This document shows, piece by piece, positions 35,701-50,700 of a stretch of DNA of 64,000 bases (position 1 is the first letter of the stretch; each line of letters starts with the position of its first letter). Both the position numbers and the translations under genes were made by a program. The notes below the pieces were generated by a model that was given only the letters and a program-made list of their open reading frames with translations, was not told the origin of the DNA and did not search any database. Source of the DNA: Perna viridis (Eukaryota); contig CM074512.1 in NCBI GenBank assembly GCA_037379345.1, positions 1,364,001-1,428,000 on the forward strand. The letters run 5' to 3'.

Positions 35701-38700
35701 CATATACTGTTACACAACAAACCTTTCGTGTTTAGTCTGTCTGGTCTCTGTAGTTCTATGAGTACTACCTACAAATAAAGGTTTATTACTACAGACATGT
35801 CATGGAGGTGGGACAAGTTAACTACTACAGACATGTCATGGAGGTGGGACAAGTTTATTACTATAGATAAGTCATGGAGGTGGGACAAGTTTATTACTAT
35901 AGACAAGTCATGGAGGTGGGACAAGTTTACAACTACAGACTTATCGTGGAGGTGGGACAAGTCGATAACTACAGACTTGTCATGGAGTTAGGACAAGTTT
36001 ATAACTACAGACTTATCGTGGAGGTGGGACAAGTTTATAACTACAGACTTGTCGTGGATGTGGAACAAGTTTATTACTACTGACATGTCAAGAAGTGGGA
36101 CAAGTTTATTACTACAGACATGTCATAGAGGTGGTACAATTTATTACTACAGACATGTCATGGAGGTGGGACAAATTTATTACTACTGACATGTCATGGA
36201 GGTGGGACAAGTTTATTACTACTGACATGTCGTGGAGGTGGGACAAGTTTATTACTACATACTTGTCATGGAGGTGGTACAATTTTATTACTACAGACAT
36301 GTCATGGAGGTGGGACAAATTTATTACTACTGACATGTCATGGAGGTGGGATAAGTTTATTACTACAGGCTTGTCATGGAGGTGGAACAAGTTTATTACT
36401 ACAGACTTGTAATGGAGGTAGGACAATTTTATTACTACAGACGTGTCATGGAGGTGTGACAAGTTTATTACTACTGACATGTCGTGGAGGTGGGACCAGT
36501 TTATTACTACAGACTTGCTGTGGAGGTGGGGCAAGTTTATAACTACAGACATGTCATGGAGTTGGGACAAGTTTATTACTACTGACATGTCATGGAGGTG
36601 GCAAGTTTATTACAACAGACTTGTTATGGAGGTGTGACAAGTTTATAGCTATAGACAAGTCATGGAGGTGGGTCAAGTTTATTACTACAGACATGACCAT
36701 GGAGGTGGGACAAGTATATTACTATAGACATGACCATGGAGGTGGAACAAGTTTATTACTATTGACATGTCATGGAGGTGGGACAAGTTTATTACTACAG
36801 ACTTGTCATGGAGTTGGAACAAGTTTATTACTACTGCCACACCATGGAGTTGGGAAATATTCACTAAGAATTCAATTTATTGTCATAAAACTAATTTTAA
36901 CTTTGAACCTCAATTTATACAATGAACTTGAAAATAGGGCCAATAATAGAAAATCTAAATACAAGGTTAGATTAGGCATATTGTATTGCTGCAAGAAATC
37001 AATTTCTTGACAAAGCCTTACAAATTTAATTTTGGACCCTATGGAACAATTTAAAAACAGTTTCTTAATTAATAGATTCACAAGTATGGATACAACATTT
37101 AGGTTTGATACAGTTCTATAAATAAATTTTGATTGCAATTAAATATTCGATACAGGGTAAGAATATGACCAGAATCAAATGGCCCCTTTTTCGACTTTAT
37201 TCAGAAATGGTTCCAGTGACACCTCCCCCCACAAAAAAAAATGAATCCAAGACTTCCTTTTGGGTAATGTCATTTTATGGTACAATTTCAATGCAATCCA
37301 TTTATTTATGGTCAAGTTAGTATCCAGACAACAGGAAAATGCTGGTTTCTGGCCGCCCCTTTTTGGCAAAATAGTTGTCAAGACAGGAAATGTCTATGTA
37401 TGATGATGCCAATGACGACAAGCAATACACAATTATACAACTGCAACTACTTTGTGATCCTAAAAATAATTTTGAGCAAAGGATTTTTCTGAAATCAAAT
37501 TAGATTTATTTTTGCTATGTAAGTCATTCTGAGTTGCCTACAATGATCAAACTTACCTTCAATAGCTTTAGTAGCAACACTGACAAGATTTGACCATTCT
37601 AATCCAGATGTTGATTCTGGTAAGGGAACGCTGTTGCTCATTGCTGGATTTTCCTCAGCAAACTTGGATTGTAGACTGGGTGATTGCCGTTTGCTAAAAG
37701 AGTAACTACAGTAGTGTTTGCTTATAACGTATAGGCTTATAAGGTAAAGGCTTACAACGTATAGGCTTATAAGGTAAAGGCTTATAACGTATAGGCTTAT
37801 AAGGTAAAGGCTTATAACGTATAGGCTTATAAGGTAAAGGTTTATAACAGGCTTATAACATACAGGCTTATAAGGTATAGGCTTATAAGGTAAAGGCTTA
37901 TAAGGTAAAGGCTTATAATGTATAGGCTTATAACGTACAGGCTTATAACATACAGGCTTATAACGTATAGGCTTATAATGAATAGGCTTATAACGTACAG
38001 GCTTATAATGAATAGGCTTATAACGTACAGGCTTATAATGAATAGGCTTATAACGTACAGGCTTATAATGAATAGGCTTATAACGTACAGGCTTATAATG
38101 AATAGGCTTATAACGTACAGGCTTATAATGAATAGGCTTATAACGTATAGGCTTGTAACGAATTAAAACATATTTCCCAGTCCCTGTGTTTTAAAACATT
38201 TCCTCATTGAAATCACAAATTTGTCAAAGCGAAATCTGGGATATAACAAAGTATTTCTTATGGCCCAGCGACAGACATATTGCTGAAGTTTGCCTGGATA
38301 AAACGAAGGGTCAATTTAATTCTTATGTAAACATCGGACACAAGTTGTCTGAAATTCATGGTAATTGATTAATCAACAGTTTCAGGGTTGATAGACATAC
38401 ATTAAGAAGATTGACTAATCTTACCTGTATTTTTGTTTTATTATTCAGTAAAATATCAATCAAATAATGTCACTCAAGCCATTTAAGATAATTAGCCTAT
38501 GAGAATCCCAGAACTTTTATCACTATTGATTCAATGATTACGTTTATTGGTAGTACTATCAAAATGATAGTTTTTCACGCTACAAAGGATCGAATATGCT
38601 GTGTAAATTACAGCAGACTGGTTCGATGATTAAAATTCTTCACAATTTTGAAATTGCCAGTAAAAAGAGAAGGGCAACTGATCTCAATACTATGGAACAA

Positions 38701-41700
38701 TTAAACCACATGCTTCTTCTCTTTTTTTTTTTTTTTTTGTGGGGGGGGGATCTCTCACAAACAAATCATAAGAAGGACAAACAAGTACACAGATAAAAGA
38801 GAAAGTTTATAAGTTAATAAAACAACTACAACAGCAACAAAAAGATTTGTTTTTTTATTCATCATTTATATAAATATGCATTACAAAACAATTAAAAAAT
38901 TTACTGCTAGAAAAAAACGCATCAATATTTCTAACATCTTACGTGATATAAAACTTTTAAAAAATAAAAAGGGAGATAATCCTAATTTTGAAAAAAAGTT
39001 TCTAATATAAAGGACCGATACAAATAACGAAGTAAGTAAGACAGTCCCCTGATTGTGTTAAAACTTTAACTGTTCAGGAATGAGAGGCTTAAAAGGGACC
39101 ACTCAATTCTATTCATATTCTTAGCATGTGTCAAATGCTTGATTCATATTCAAATTCGGAACTGTATCAACGACAACAACTACAATAATTTTGCTTTCAT
39201 TCATTTAAAAATGCAACTTGATTTACAAATAAACATTAAATATTAGCTGGAAATATGAAGAGTGATTTATGAAATGCTTTGTAATTTGCCTAGTAGTAGC
39301 TAAGATACACGTTATAGGGTTTACTTACCTTGCAGATTTATCTGGGGGTGAAGCTGTGGTAAATATCACATCTGTCAGATGGGTTTCCAACTTTAGAGGT
39401 GCAGAGGTAAATTTCTGATTATGTAAACTTTCATCTGACATCGTCCTTTTCAATCTGGTGGAATGCTTTCCTTCAGATTTCTTTGCCTGCAAAAAGTTAT
39501 CATTTTTTTTTTGGTTTTCATGACAGTAATGAAACTGTGTTTAATGCATAGTTCAGGCTGTTCAATTTAAATCTTCATGGAAAGAGGGAGTAGGGTGGTG
39601 TGCAGTTCATTGTTTTTTTCTTGGTTGGGAGGGGGGATCAATTGCTATTTATAAATATTGTTAGGGGGTTTGTTTGAAAATTGAATTCCAATCAATGGGG
39701 TCATTCCCCCCTCCCCAAATAAAAATTTATAACTTCTGGTAACATACAGTTTTGATGGTAAAAATGTGCTCTCAATCAAGTTGTTTCAATTTCATGCAAG
39801 GCATCATCTCCAGAAAACCCCTCAATTGTCTTTTGAAACTCATACCAGATATCTACAGATGTCAGGAGTCAGTGACTAATAGGATAATTAACTTGAAAGA
39901 ATGAGTAACAAAAAACATGATACAAATACCAGAACTTTTCATCAAGTGGTCATAAGTTTTTAGTTATTTGTAGATTTTCCTTTTTATCATATTGATTTTC
40001 TGTATAATTTATTGATCAACATTTAATATTTTGTAAAGAAGAATATTCTTCTTGGGACTTTTTGGTGGGAGAGAAACCAAGAGTAAAATTAGCAAATTTA
40101 TTTCAGTGTGAATTAAAGAATTATTTTACACTGAGAACATTCCATAAATCACTGATATCTATATAATAAATACCAGATATCCCTTCAGATCTTTATCAGC
40201 TAATTCTGGATCAATAAGCCTCTTTAATTCTGCCTGGAAATCAGGACGTGTAGGTTTTGTAGAGGATGTCACACCAGGTCTTAATCTGCTATTCAATGAT
40301 TCTTCTGATGATGTACCATAGATATTCCTACAATACAGTTTTTATCTATACATACATGTTTAGTGCTTTTGACTTGTCAGTTGCTTATTTGCTGTTTATT
40401 AAATAATTTTGATCATATTTTGGTTATTCAAGAAAACTAATCGATTATCCTATTTATTATATAGATTTCCTCCATTTTTCCAGCATAAATTTTAAATTTT
40501 GTGAACGGCGTAATGATATTTGTGTTGTGACGTTTTGGCAGGAAAAAGTCAAACAGTGAAATTATCAAATTTATTTCACAGTGTGAATCATTGAAATCAC
40601 TGTTATCTATATAATAAAGTGTTTGTATTAACTTTAAATAGTTTTTACTCTTGCAGAATGATTGATTGATTGATTGATTGTGGTTTACATTCTATGACAT
40701 ATTATATTATCTCTTATATGTCAGGGGTGGAGAAGCAGTGACTCTATCTCCTATATGACAGGGGTGGAGAAGCAGTGACTTTATCTCCTATATGACAGGG
40801 GTGGAGAAGCAGTGACTATCTCCTATATGACAGGGGTGGAGAAGCAGTGACTATCTCCTATATGACAGGGGTGGAGAAGCAGTGACTATCTCCTATATGA
40901 CAAGGTGGAGAAGTATTATGTGAAATCAAAGGATCAATTAATTTTTCTTTAATCAAGACTGTTATAAAATCTGCCTGGTAAAAGTTTAAAAAAACAAATT
41001 GTCAAGAAAAAGATACTACTTATATGCTGATTATCTGCAGACCTAATCACTAGCGTTATTGTCATCCCAAGATGGAGGATCATTCATGAATGCTTGATAT
41101 TTGAAGTGGGAAGCATATGGGTAAAATGTATGATTAGTGAGAAATTACAAGGTAAAAGTATCGGTGGGATAACTGTAACGAAGAACCTTGTTTTTCTAAG
41201 GATGACGGTAACATGCAGATAGAGATGTCCCTAACATTAGAAACAAAAATATTTCGTGATGAGAGTTGTACTTTACCAAAATGACAAGTGTTGAATGGCA
41301 AAAAATTTCACTGAATTATGTTAAAATTGATATACTTGATAAATTCATTCCAAATGGCTTCTACTACACATGGTGTTTTGTACAAAATCCTGAAAACAAT
41401 TAAGTGAGTTGAATCAATGGATTCGACAATTCCATCTCTGAAGAATTTCCAAATCTTTCCGTGAAGCAACAATCCTAAATGTAACAGCTGAACAGCAAAG
41501 TAAAAAATATACCTCCGTGTTAAGTAATGCAGAAACATCGTGATAATGTACATGTATGGCTTCCATGTGCAGTAGGCAATATAGCTGGCTTGCATAAGGC
41601 GGGGAGTGTATGTGTGGCATACATGTATAATTTCTAATTTCATAATACAATTTTATGTGAGATCTGAACCAGGGGTCGTGCTGGGCTTCGCCAATGTTGC

Positions 41701-44700
41701 AATTTGCGAATTTTTATTTCATCTGGCGACAAAAATAACCAGTTGGCCATTTTCTTCTTGGTGCCTAGGTTTTGTTTTTTAAAATTGGCAGGATGTTTAT
41801 CTGCAATAGATATTCTTTCTAATTAAACAATTGTGTTTACACCTGGTAAGAGTTAATTGACCATGACCAATTGATGACTGAAGGCAATTAAAGGCAATTA
41901 GACCAGACCACCGTGGCTGACAATATCTTCATGGGAGTTGTCAATCAAATGTAAATATATTATTGAGCCAATCAAAACTCTCATCATCTGGTAAAAGGTC
42001 AACACTATTATGGCCATATGCATGTGGCTACATACAAGCTTCACAGCCCTGTTTAGCCATGTGATACATTCAGAAACAGACTTATGCAATAACAGAATAA
42101 ATTAAATCCAATTCACAATGAATTTCCCATCAGGAAGTGTCTTAATACTGTCATATTTTTTTTAAAAAAGTATAACTGTTTTGGCAACCTTTGGCTCTAA
42201 TTTCTGAAAATTGGTGAAACATTATGGCAGCTGGCGATTTTTCTAGAAACCTTAAACAAGCATGTTTTTTTTCTTGGCCTTAAAACAGAATAATACCTAT
42301 GTACAATGAGAAGGGGGCAGTTGAGGCTTCGATGAATTGAAAACCATTCACTTGAATAAGCGGCCAAATAAGTTAGATATACTTGCTTCAGTTTAATTCA
42401 TTTTTCATACATCATTATTATACCTTCTCTAAGACATAACATAAATTATTACAAAGCTATAATATGCACCTTTAACACTCCAGTTAATTTGACAATGAGA
42501 TAAACCTGTAGCCAACAAAAGAGAGGAAAGGAAAATTTTTTTTGATAATAAAATTAAACAATCAATAAAACTGTCAAATATTAACTTAATCAAGTATAAG
42601 AATGATATAGTTTCTTCCCAGTCTATTTTTAGTTGTGGATAAACACCTAAACTTAGATTAATTCAGTAACTATTTTACCCATATCAATATCTTTTACATG
42701 TACAATATTTTGGTCAACATTTCATATATCATATTAAATAAACCTGTTACAGTCATCCTGTTTGTTAGTCTCTTGTTCTATTACAGTCATCCCACATTCT
42801 TCGTTACAACCATCCTGCTGATATTTTTACCTTTTACCTTTTATTTTTTACCTTGCAATATCTCATAAATCATACATTTTACCCACATGCTTCCTGCTTC
42901 AAATATCCAGCATTGATGAATGACTATCTGTCATATTTATTTTGTTGAATAACTTGAATAGACAACTTTATTAGAGGAAAACATTCTGACCGGAATTTCC
43001 ATCTTCCATCTTGGGATGAATGTAACGGCTGTTAGAGTCAGCCGCTTTACCCCAGTGTAATGTTTCAACATGTATCAAAATTCACTAGAGAGCCTATATG
43101 ATATAGACATTACATTCAATGCCAACATTACAGGCAGGTTTTTTTGGTAAATGTTTTACTTAATTCAACATGCTATCAATATTAGGCAACTTTGCTGGCA
43201 TACTAACCTATGTTGTGGTTTAGGACTGCTGTTAGCACTACTTATTGGTGAGTCTGTTTTTTGTACTATTTTCTGTGCAGCAGTCTTCTGTCGGAACCGA
43301 GAGATATCTTCTGAAATAAACAAATATATGCCAAATCCTTTGTAAAATTAGACAATTCATGGTCTGTTCAACCATTTAAACATTATAATTAGACAATTCA
43401 CGTCCTGTTCAACCATTTGAACATTATAATTAGACAATTCACGTCCTGTTCAACCATTTAAAAATTATAATTAGACAATTCACATCCTGTTCAACCATTG
43501 AACATTGCATTGCATTAACTGGAAACCTAAAGAAGTATCTTTTACAGCATGATAAAGTACAATATATATTCAATGTGAATGTTCCATTGATATTTAATGA
43601 AAATGTTCCATTGATATTTAATGTGTTAGCTCCATTGATATTTAATGTGTATGTTCCACTTATATTTTATTTTAATTCTGATGGAGTTATAAAACACAAA
43701 CCTTTGCTATCAGTATAGTTCCGTGGCCCCGATGATGAACTACTGGAAAACGATGTATCACTCAGATTATTTGTTTTCGGTTGCTCTGGTCCTCGATTTA
43801 ACAGAAATTTAGTGTTTTGTGACTGTTTTAACAGTTCTAATGCAATATTGCCATGTTGTACAGAATTATCTGATAAGAATGTGGGTTTACGGTACCCAGT
43901 AGCACTATATACTCCTGGAATGGAGGTCATACTTGAGGCGTGATCTGACTGTTCACTAGAGTTATCTCCCCATCGGGGACCAGTATACTTGAACTGGTTC
44001 ACTTTAGATCTGTTAATAGGACTAGGACCTGAAAGTAACAACAATGATTTTGAATAAAAAATGAATAAGTTTTATTTTAAGTCTGCATGATAAGTACTAA
44101 GAGTAAACATAAGATCTATACAGATTGTAATAACTGATATTCCAATCATGAAAAACAGCAGGCATTAAACCTAACCTTCTCCTAACCCAGTATGAAAAAA
44201 AAAACATTCAATAAACAAGTTAAACAACTTTCAATATAAAATTAACTCAATTATTGTTCAGACATCAGGCTAGTTTCTGGCTCTCTTGAGCTCTACTTCT
44301 CTGACTTTTCAAGTATCAACCCATAACCTTTCCCAGCCTTTCTTTTGTGGTATGACACCTTATGTTTCACTTTCGAATCGATCATTAATTTCACCCAAGT
44401 AACTAACATGACTCTAAATGCCTATAGACAATAAGGAGGGCATATCATAGGTGTCAAACCACCTTTGGTCTAAAAATAAATATAGGACTGTAGGAGGTTT
44501 CTTTTTTTCAATTCATAGGGCTGATAAAGAATGTATACAGATTTTTAAATACATTAATACGAATATATGGGGGTTTAAGTGAAGGTTTTGCGCGGAAAAT
44601 CTTTCGTTTCCACCTACAAATCTAGCAAATCTTGTATTACACCAGGCATAATATAACAACAGAAACAAAGAAGACATCTATTTATGCTTTTTCTTCTTTC

Positions 44701-47700
44701 CATCTTCACTTGTTTCCCTCTGCTGTCTCTTAATTGACTTTTCTCCATGGCTTTAAGAACTGCTTTCTCTTCACTGACATTTCTCCATGGCATTAAGAAC
44801 AGCTTTCTCTTGACTCCTCTCAATGGCCCAAAGAATTGCTTTCTCTTAATTGACTTCTCTCCATGGCCTTAAGAACTACTTTCTTTATAACCTGCTCTTT
44901 TTCAACATGATACATCTCATGGTTTCCCATACCAAATCCTTTATCTGTCATTGAGTAAGCAATATGCTTCCTCTGAAAATTTGTGTTGATCTATTCATTA
45001 TGTAACTATTGTGTTAAGTGATCATGTCTCTCGTGAGCTGTTAAGTTGTTTGATAAAGATCTATCTGAACAAAACAGAAAAATACTTGTGACTGGCTTCT
45101 TAAGGCCCTTACTTCCTCAGCAGTTAAAGCCATAACACCAAAAACTGATACAAACCTTTCTTTTTATGGTATGGAACCTTGTAAAATTTTATAAAGATCG
45201 ACCAATAGTTTTGCCCCTACTTTAATCCCAAAGGTGAAGATACAAGGAACGAAATCTCAACTAAAACATTTCACAAAAATCAAATACCATTTCTATACCT
45301 TGGCATGATAATTGTAACAGTAATCATTTATCAATCTACTAAACATTTATTTTTCAACGTTTACAAAGCCAACTAACGTGAATATTTATTTTTTTTTTCT
45401 TTTCCCTGTCAAGTTTGACATTTGTATTAATTTGTCTCTACATCCCAATTAGTGATTTAAGCATCACATCCACAATATAAAGGTTTAACTTACTGATAAG
45501 ATAAGCATAATCTGAGCTATCCCTAGAACTAGCTCTCTCATGCTTAATATCCTCTGTACTACTATAATGATGTCTCTCTAACACAGGATCAGTGTAAGCA
45601 TGTTGGAGAGAAGGATTTCGATGAAGACTTCCAACTCTGTGCTGATGAGTTACTGAACTGAATGGAGAATTTTTCATGTCCATTCTGAAATTAAAAGAAA
45701 ACAAGAAGTTTCTTTATAAAGATAAAGCCATTCATTAGATAATGTTCTATGACACTCTTAAAGCAGGAAATATAGAGCTAGCTAAGCAGTGGACAAACAT
45801 GGGAGACAACAAGAAATTCTGCAAAGCTCATAAACCTTCGTCTAGTTGTGCATAACCTTCCAAATGTATCAAAAAATATTAAATACATGTAAGAAGGTAT
45901 ACACCAGTACTTAATTTTTATGCAATGGTTCATGTATTACTTTATAAGATGGAGAGAGGGTACTATCAAAGTGCTTTGCCCTTTTTATGAAATGGTTCTA
46001 AGTAAAATAAACTACTGGTATTTGGCCAAATCAATGGATCAATGGTAGTAAACTAGTTCATCAACACAGCTAAAAATAGATAACTTTTAAATAAACATCT
46101 TAAAACTTTAAAACTAAAGACGTGCAATGATAATAATTTACTGCTATGTATTTAACTGTTGAAGTATAAAATCAGAGAATATGATGAAGGTGAAACCTTT
46201 TAACGCTCCTGAAGAAACATTAATAAAAACAAAATTTTAGTCAGCTCTTATTTGATATGTTCTATCTTCAAGTATGGTAAATTTTGTAATGATATATATT
46301 TGCCCTAAAGCATTATACTAATTGTCATGGTCTGATATGTCTATTGGCCGAAATGTCTGGCATTTCATAAAGAATTATTGGTTTTCGTAGTCCGAGATGT
46401 CTTTGGGTCGAATTGTCTGGCACTGGTTAAGATTATGGTTCTTAAAATTAGCGAAACATCTTAAAAGATTTCTTTTATTGTATTTAGTTTCTCTGCATTC
46501 TGTTTCATTTAGTATAGTTTAATTGTGTTTTTATTACGATTTGATTCATTTTATCGAATTGTTTCGTTTCAATTCTTTCTTTTATCAATTATTTTCGTTT
46601 CACAATTTTTATGACCCAAGAATTATGGGTAATATTGATGACGTAATTTTTGTAAACATCCGGGAGCCATACTGCAGACTATAAGGCCAACCCTATCTTG
46701 GAAAAACCATGATCCGATTTGTATTTAATTATCGAAGCTAGCAAATATTTTCCGAAACTGGTTTGGCACTCAATTGCACATACGCAAGTATACACAAATG
46801 AAGCTGCCATTATGCTGTTTTTCAGCTCCTGAAAATGCAGGTACAAACTGAATATTGATGCTTTTTCTTGCCACAAGTATACAGAACCAAGTTGATAATA
46901 CAACTTTGGGAGCGTATTATTTGGATCTTTTTATCACATTTTGACATAGAATAAAAAATATGCAATATACACAGAATAATTTCGGAACTCACTATAGTTA
47001 AAGATTGGCAATCCTTATCCATTAATGGCAAATTTTCCGTTTAGCAATTTGAAATCCTGTGTCCATGTTGATAAAAAAAAAAAACAAAAACAAAAACAAC
47101 AAAATATGAAATGCAGAGTACTGTAGCATTATATGACATCAATGCTTTAAAGGTTTCATTTAAATTCAACTTGTGGTAAAAAAATAATATGAGAAGGACA
47201 TTTGAAAGTATTCAAAAACCAAGACAGACAATGCACAGGATCATTAAAAATGTGAAAATTCCTGCAAAGTTTTATTGAAATCCATCAAGTAGCTTATTAG
47301 GAGTTAATTAAATGTGTAGTGCATGAATAGATGGAGGAACTAACAGTCAGGGACACTCATGACTTTATACTTTCCTAAAGCTATAATTAGGATAATGGAA
47401 AATACAAACAGTGATGTCAGAAGTAGACAGTAAAGCTATTTTATGATCAGAGTACTGAAATAGATAAACAAAATAGAGTTCAATAATGTTATAATGAGAA
47501 GTTTACACGTTAAGTAGGGATTTCACATGATGTCATGCTAAGGATCTAACATTTAAAGAAAGTCAATCTAAAGCAGAGCTGAAAATAAGACACAATATAC
47601 AACTCACTATGTCAAAGCTATATCTACCAAATAATATACAACTCACTATGTCACAGATATATCTACCAAATAAGACACAACTCACTATGTCACAGATATA

Positions 47701-50700
47701 TCTACCAAACAATATACAACTCACTATGTCACAGATATATCTACCAAATAAGACGCAATATACAACTCACTATGTCACAGATATATCTACCAAATAAGAC
47801 ACAATATACAACTCACTATGTCACAGATATATCTACCAAATAATATACAACTCACTATGTCACAGATATATCTACCAAATAATATACAACTCATTATGTC
47901 ACAGATATATCTACCAAATAATATACAACTCACTATGTCAAAGCTATATCTACCAAATAAGACACAATATACAACTCACTATGTCAAAGCTATATCTACC
48001 AAATAAGACACAATATACAACTCACTATGTCACAGATATATCTATCAAATAAGACATGATATACAACTCATTATGTTACAGATATATCTACCAAATAATA
48101 TACAACTCATTATGTCACAACTCACTATGTCACAGATATATCTATCAAATAAGACATGATATACAACTCATTATGTCACAGATATATCTACCAAATAATA
48201 TACAACTCATTATGTCACAGCTATATCTACCAAATAAGACACCATATACAACTCAATATGTCACAGCTATATCTACCAAATAACCAATAGATGTGTATGT
48301 TTGACATTTAAGTCCTGTCAATATTCCATATAAAGTTTGTTAAAAATCAACAAATAGGGAACATTAACAATTATTTGCTTTAAAGACAACCAAGCTCCAT
48401 TTTGATTAAGTTTTTCACCCCTGTATCCTGGACATCAAATGTTTAATCAATGTTTATAAATGACATTATGTTGATTCTTATTCTCTTTGTTTAACATGAA
48501 GGTTCAAGTGTCATTGATGGCAATAACTGTGTAAAAATATAAGAACAAGATTTCCACTTTTGCTATTTTCCAAAAGATTAAGAGGAGAATTCGACCTTAA
48601 TTTTCAAGGTCATATTCCCAAATATAATCTAAAAGATAAAAAAGGAGAAACTACCATATAATTTGCTGTAATCAACACTCTTTTGGGTGAACTCAGCCTT
48701 CAGACAGCATAGGAATGGTAAAACACTGGTTGCCTTTTATTCTAATGTAGTACAATTTTGAGAATTTAGATTTTCACTAACAAAACCAGTAACATTTATT
48801 TCAAAGTGTTGCATTTCATGTGACATGAAATAAAAAAAAAATCGAGGTTTTTCCCTAAATTCAAATTGAGTGAGAATCCTTAAAAAAGAAATAACTGAAA
48901 ACTAAAATCAGCATAACTGAGATTAAAAAATATATTACATATTAACAAAATGAAACAAGCTTTGAAGCAGTTACAGTTCATGCAGAGATAAAGATCATGC
49001 AGGGAAAAAGTTAACACTGGTACCTAGTGGGTGTCAATGGTTTCTTTAGGAGTGGGAGTGTCATAGATCCACGAATATTTTCAGGTGATTCATCAGACTC
49101 TCGTAACTTTGTAGAAAGTGTAATCTCCCTCAAATGATAAGAAGTTTCACTAGAACTGCTAGACATATCTCTTGAGTGTCCTTTCTGCCATTGTTGAAGA
49201 TTCTCTGTGGCCATCAGAGCTGCTTTCAATGTCTTCAGTGATGTAGAGTGACAGTCTGTGTGTAGCATAGCCACACCCCTGTAAAGGTCAACGTCATGGC
49301 AATATGTCAAAGCACGAGAAGATAACTCTAGCAAGTCAAACATGCCAGACTTGAATGTGGTACAGCTTTTTTTCAAATTCTAGCAGAAAATGGTGATGAA
49401 GTGCAGTGTATATGAAAAGGTGTCTATGAAAAATATGATATCATTAGGATCAAACCGAGAATAAGAGTAGTTTTAGTTTCCTATTAGTATACTATTATCA
49501 CTTCAGGTTCAATATCTTAAAAATGCATTTAAAATTTATTTGCAGTATTTAATTAATCCAATTTCCTCCCTAAAAAGACACCCCAACTGAAATCATTTTG
49601 TTGTTATGCTGAATAAGACAGGTAAATATACTATTGTCCAAAGGAAATCTTTACGGATTGGAAAAATAAAAATGATACAAATCTATTCCCCATAAATGGC
49701 AACTAGAATATAAACATCAAGGACTGCTGTAACATACATCATACAATAATAGAGTTATGTGAGCAGTGTATACAAATGTTACCAATAGTGTGTAATATAC
49801 ATGTGTTACACTCATTTTACATTTATAATTAAAAGTAGAATCATACCTGGGAGTACCATCATTAAATGGATCAATCACTGTCACTCGTACAGTTACAGAG
49901 GTTCGCAGACACTCTACTAGTTCCTCATGTGTCATGGTTGCCACTGAGATTTTACACACCTCAACAAGACGACTACCTTTTCGAAGACCAGCATCATAAG
50001 CAAACCCTGTTGTCTCAACATCAGTAACAATTCCTTCACTTTGGACATGGAATCCAAGCTGCCCAAGGCCATTCCGCTTCAAAGTCATTTCTTGGGTCTA
50101 TCATTAAAAAAAAAATAAATAGAATTTCGTGTATTAATGAAAAAACTTCTGTGGTTTCATTTATGTATGGGTATCACATCCTCAGATGTAGCTAAATAGA
50201 AGTGGTCACATTACTCATGATCAATCACACAACAGATGACCATACTGGTCACTTTAAAACTACTCAATCACACAACAGATGCACATTCTGGTCACTTTAA
50301 AGCTATTTAATCATCACACAACCTAAGGACATACTGATCACATAATAACTGAACAATCACACAACAGATGGACATAATGCTCACATAACAACTGATCAAT
50401 CACACAAGAGATGGAAATACTGCTCACATAACAACTGATCAATCACACAACAGATGGAAATACTGCTCACATAACAACTGATCAATCACCCAACAGGTGG
50501 AAATACTGCTCACATTACTCATGATCAAAATCACACAACAGATAAAAATACTGCTCACATTACAACTGATCAATCACACAACAGATGGACATACTGCTCA
50601 CATAACAACTGATCAATCACACAACAGATGGACATACTGCTCACCTAACAACTGATCAATCACACAACAGATGGACATACTGCTCACATAACAACTGATC

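Noticed and set aside
35769-37010. Repetitive ORFs on both strands ([24 protein letters not shown])
   Set aside because: By-products of a 36-bp intronic minisatellite whose unit length is a multiple of 3; frames are broken by stops and indels.
37918-48283. [10 protein letters not shown] and MSQIYLPNN repeat ORFs
   Set aside because: Translations of minisatellites, antisense to SIPA1L introns.
49279-49423. Longer version of the SIPA1L post-PDZ exon
   Set aside because: Upstream AGs either give in-frame stops or the wrong phase; the acceptor at 49279 fits.
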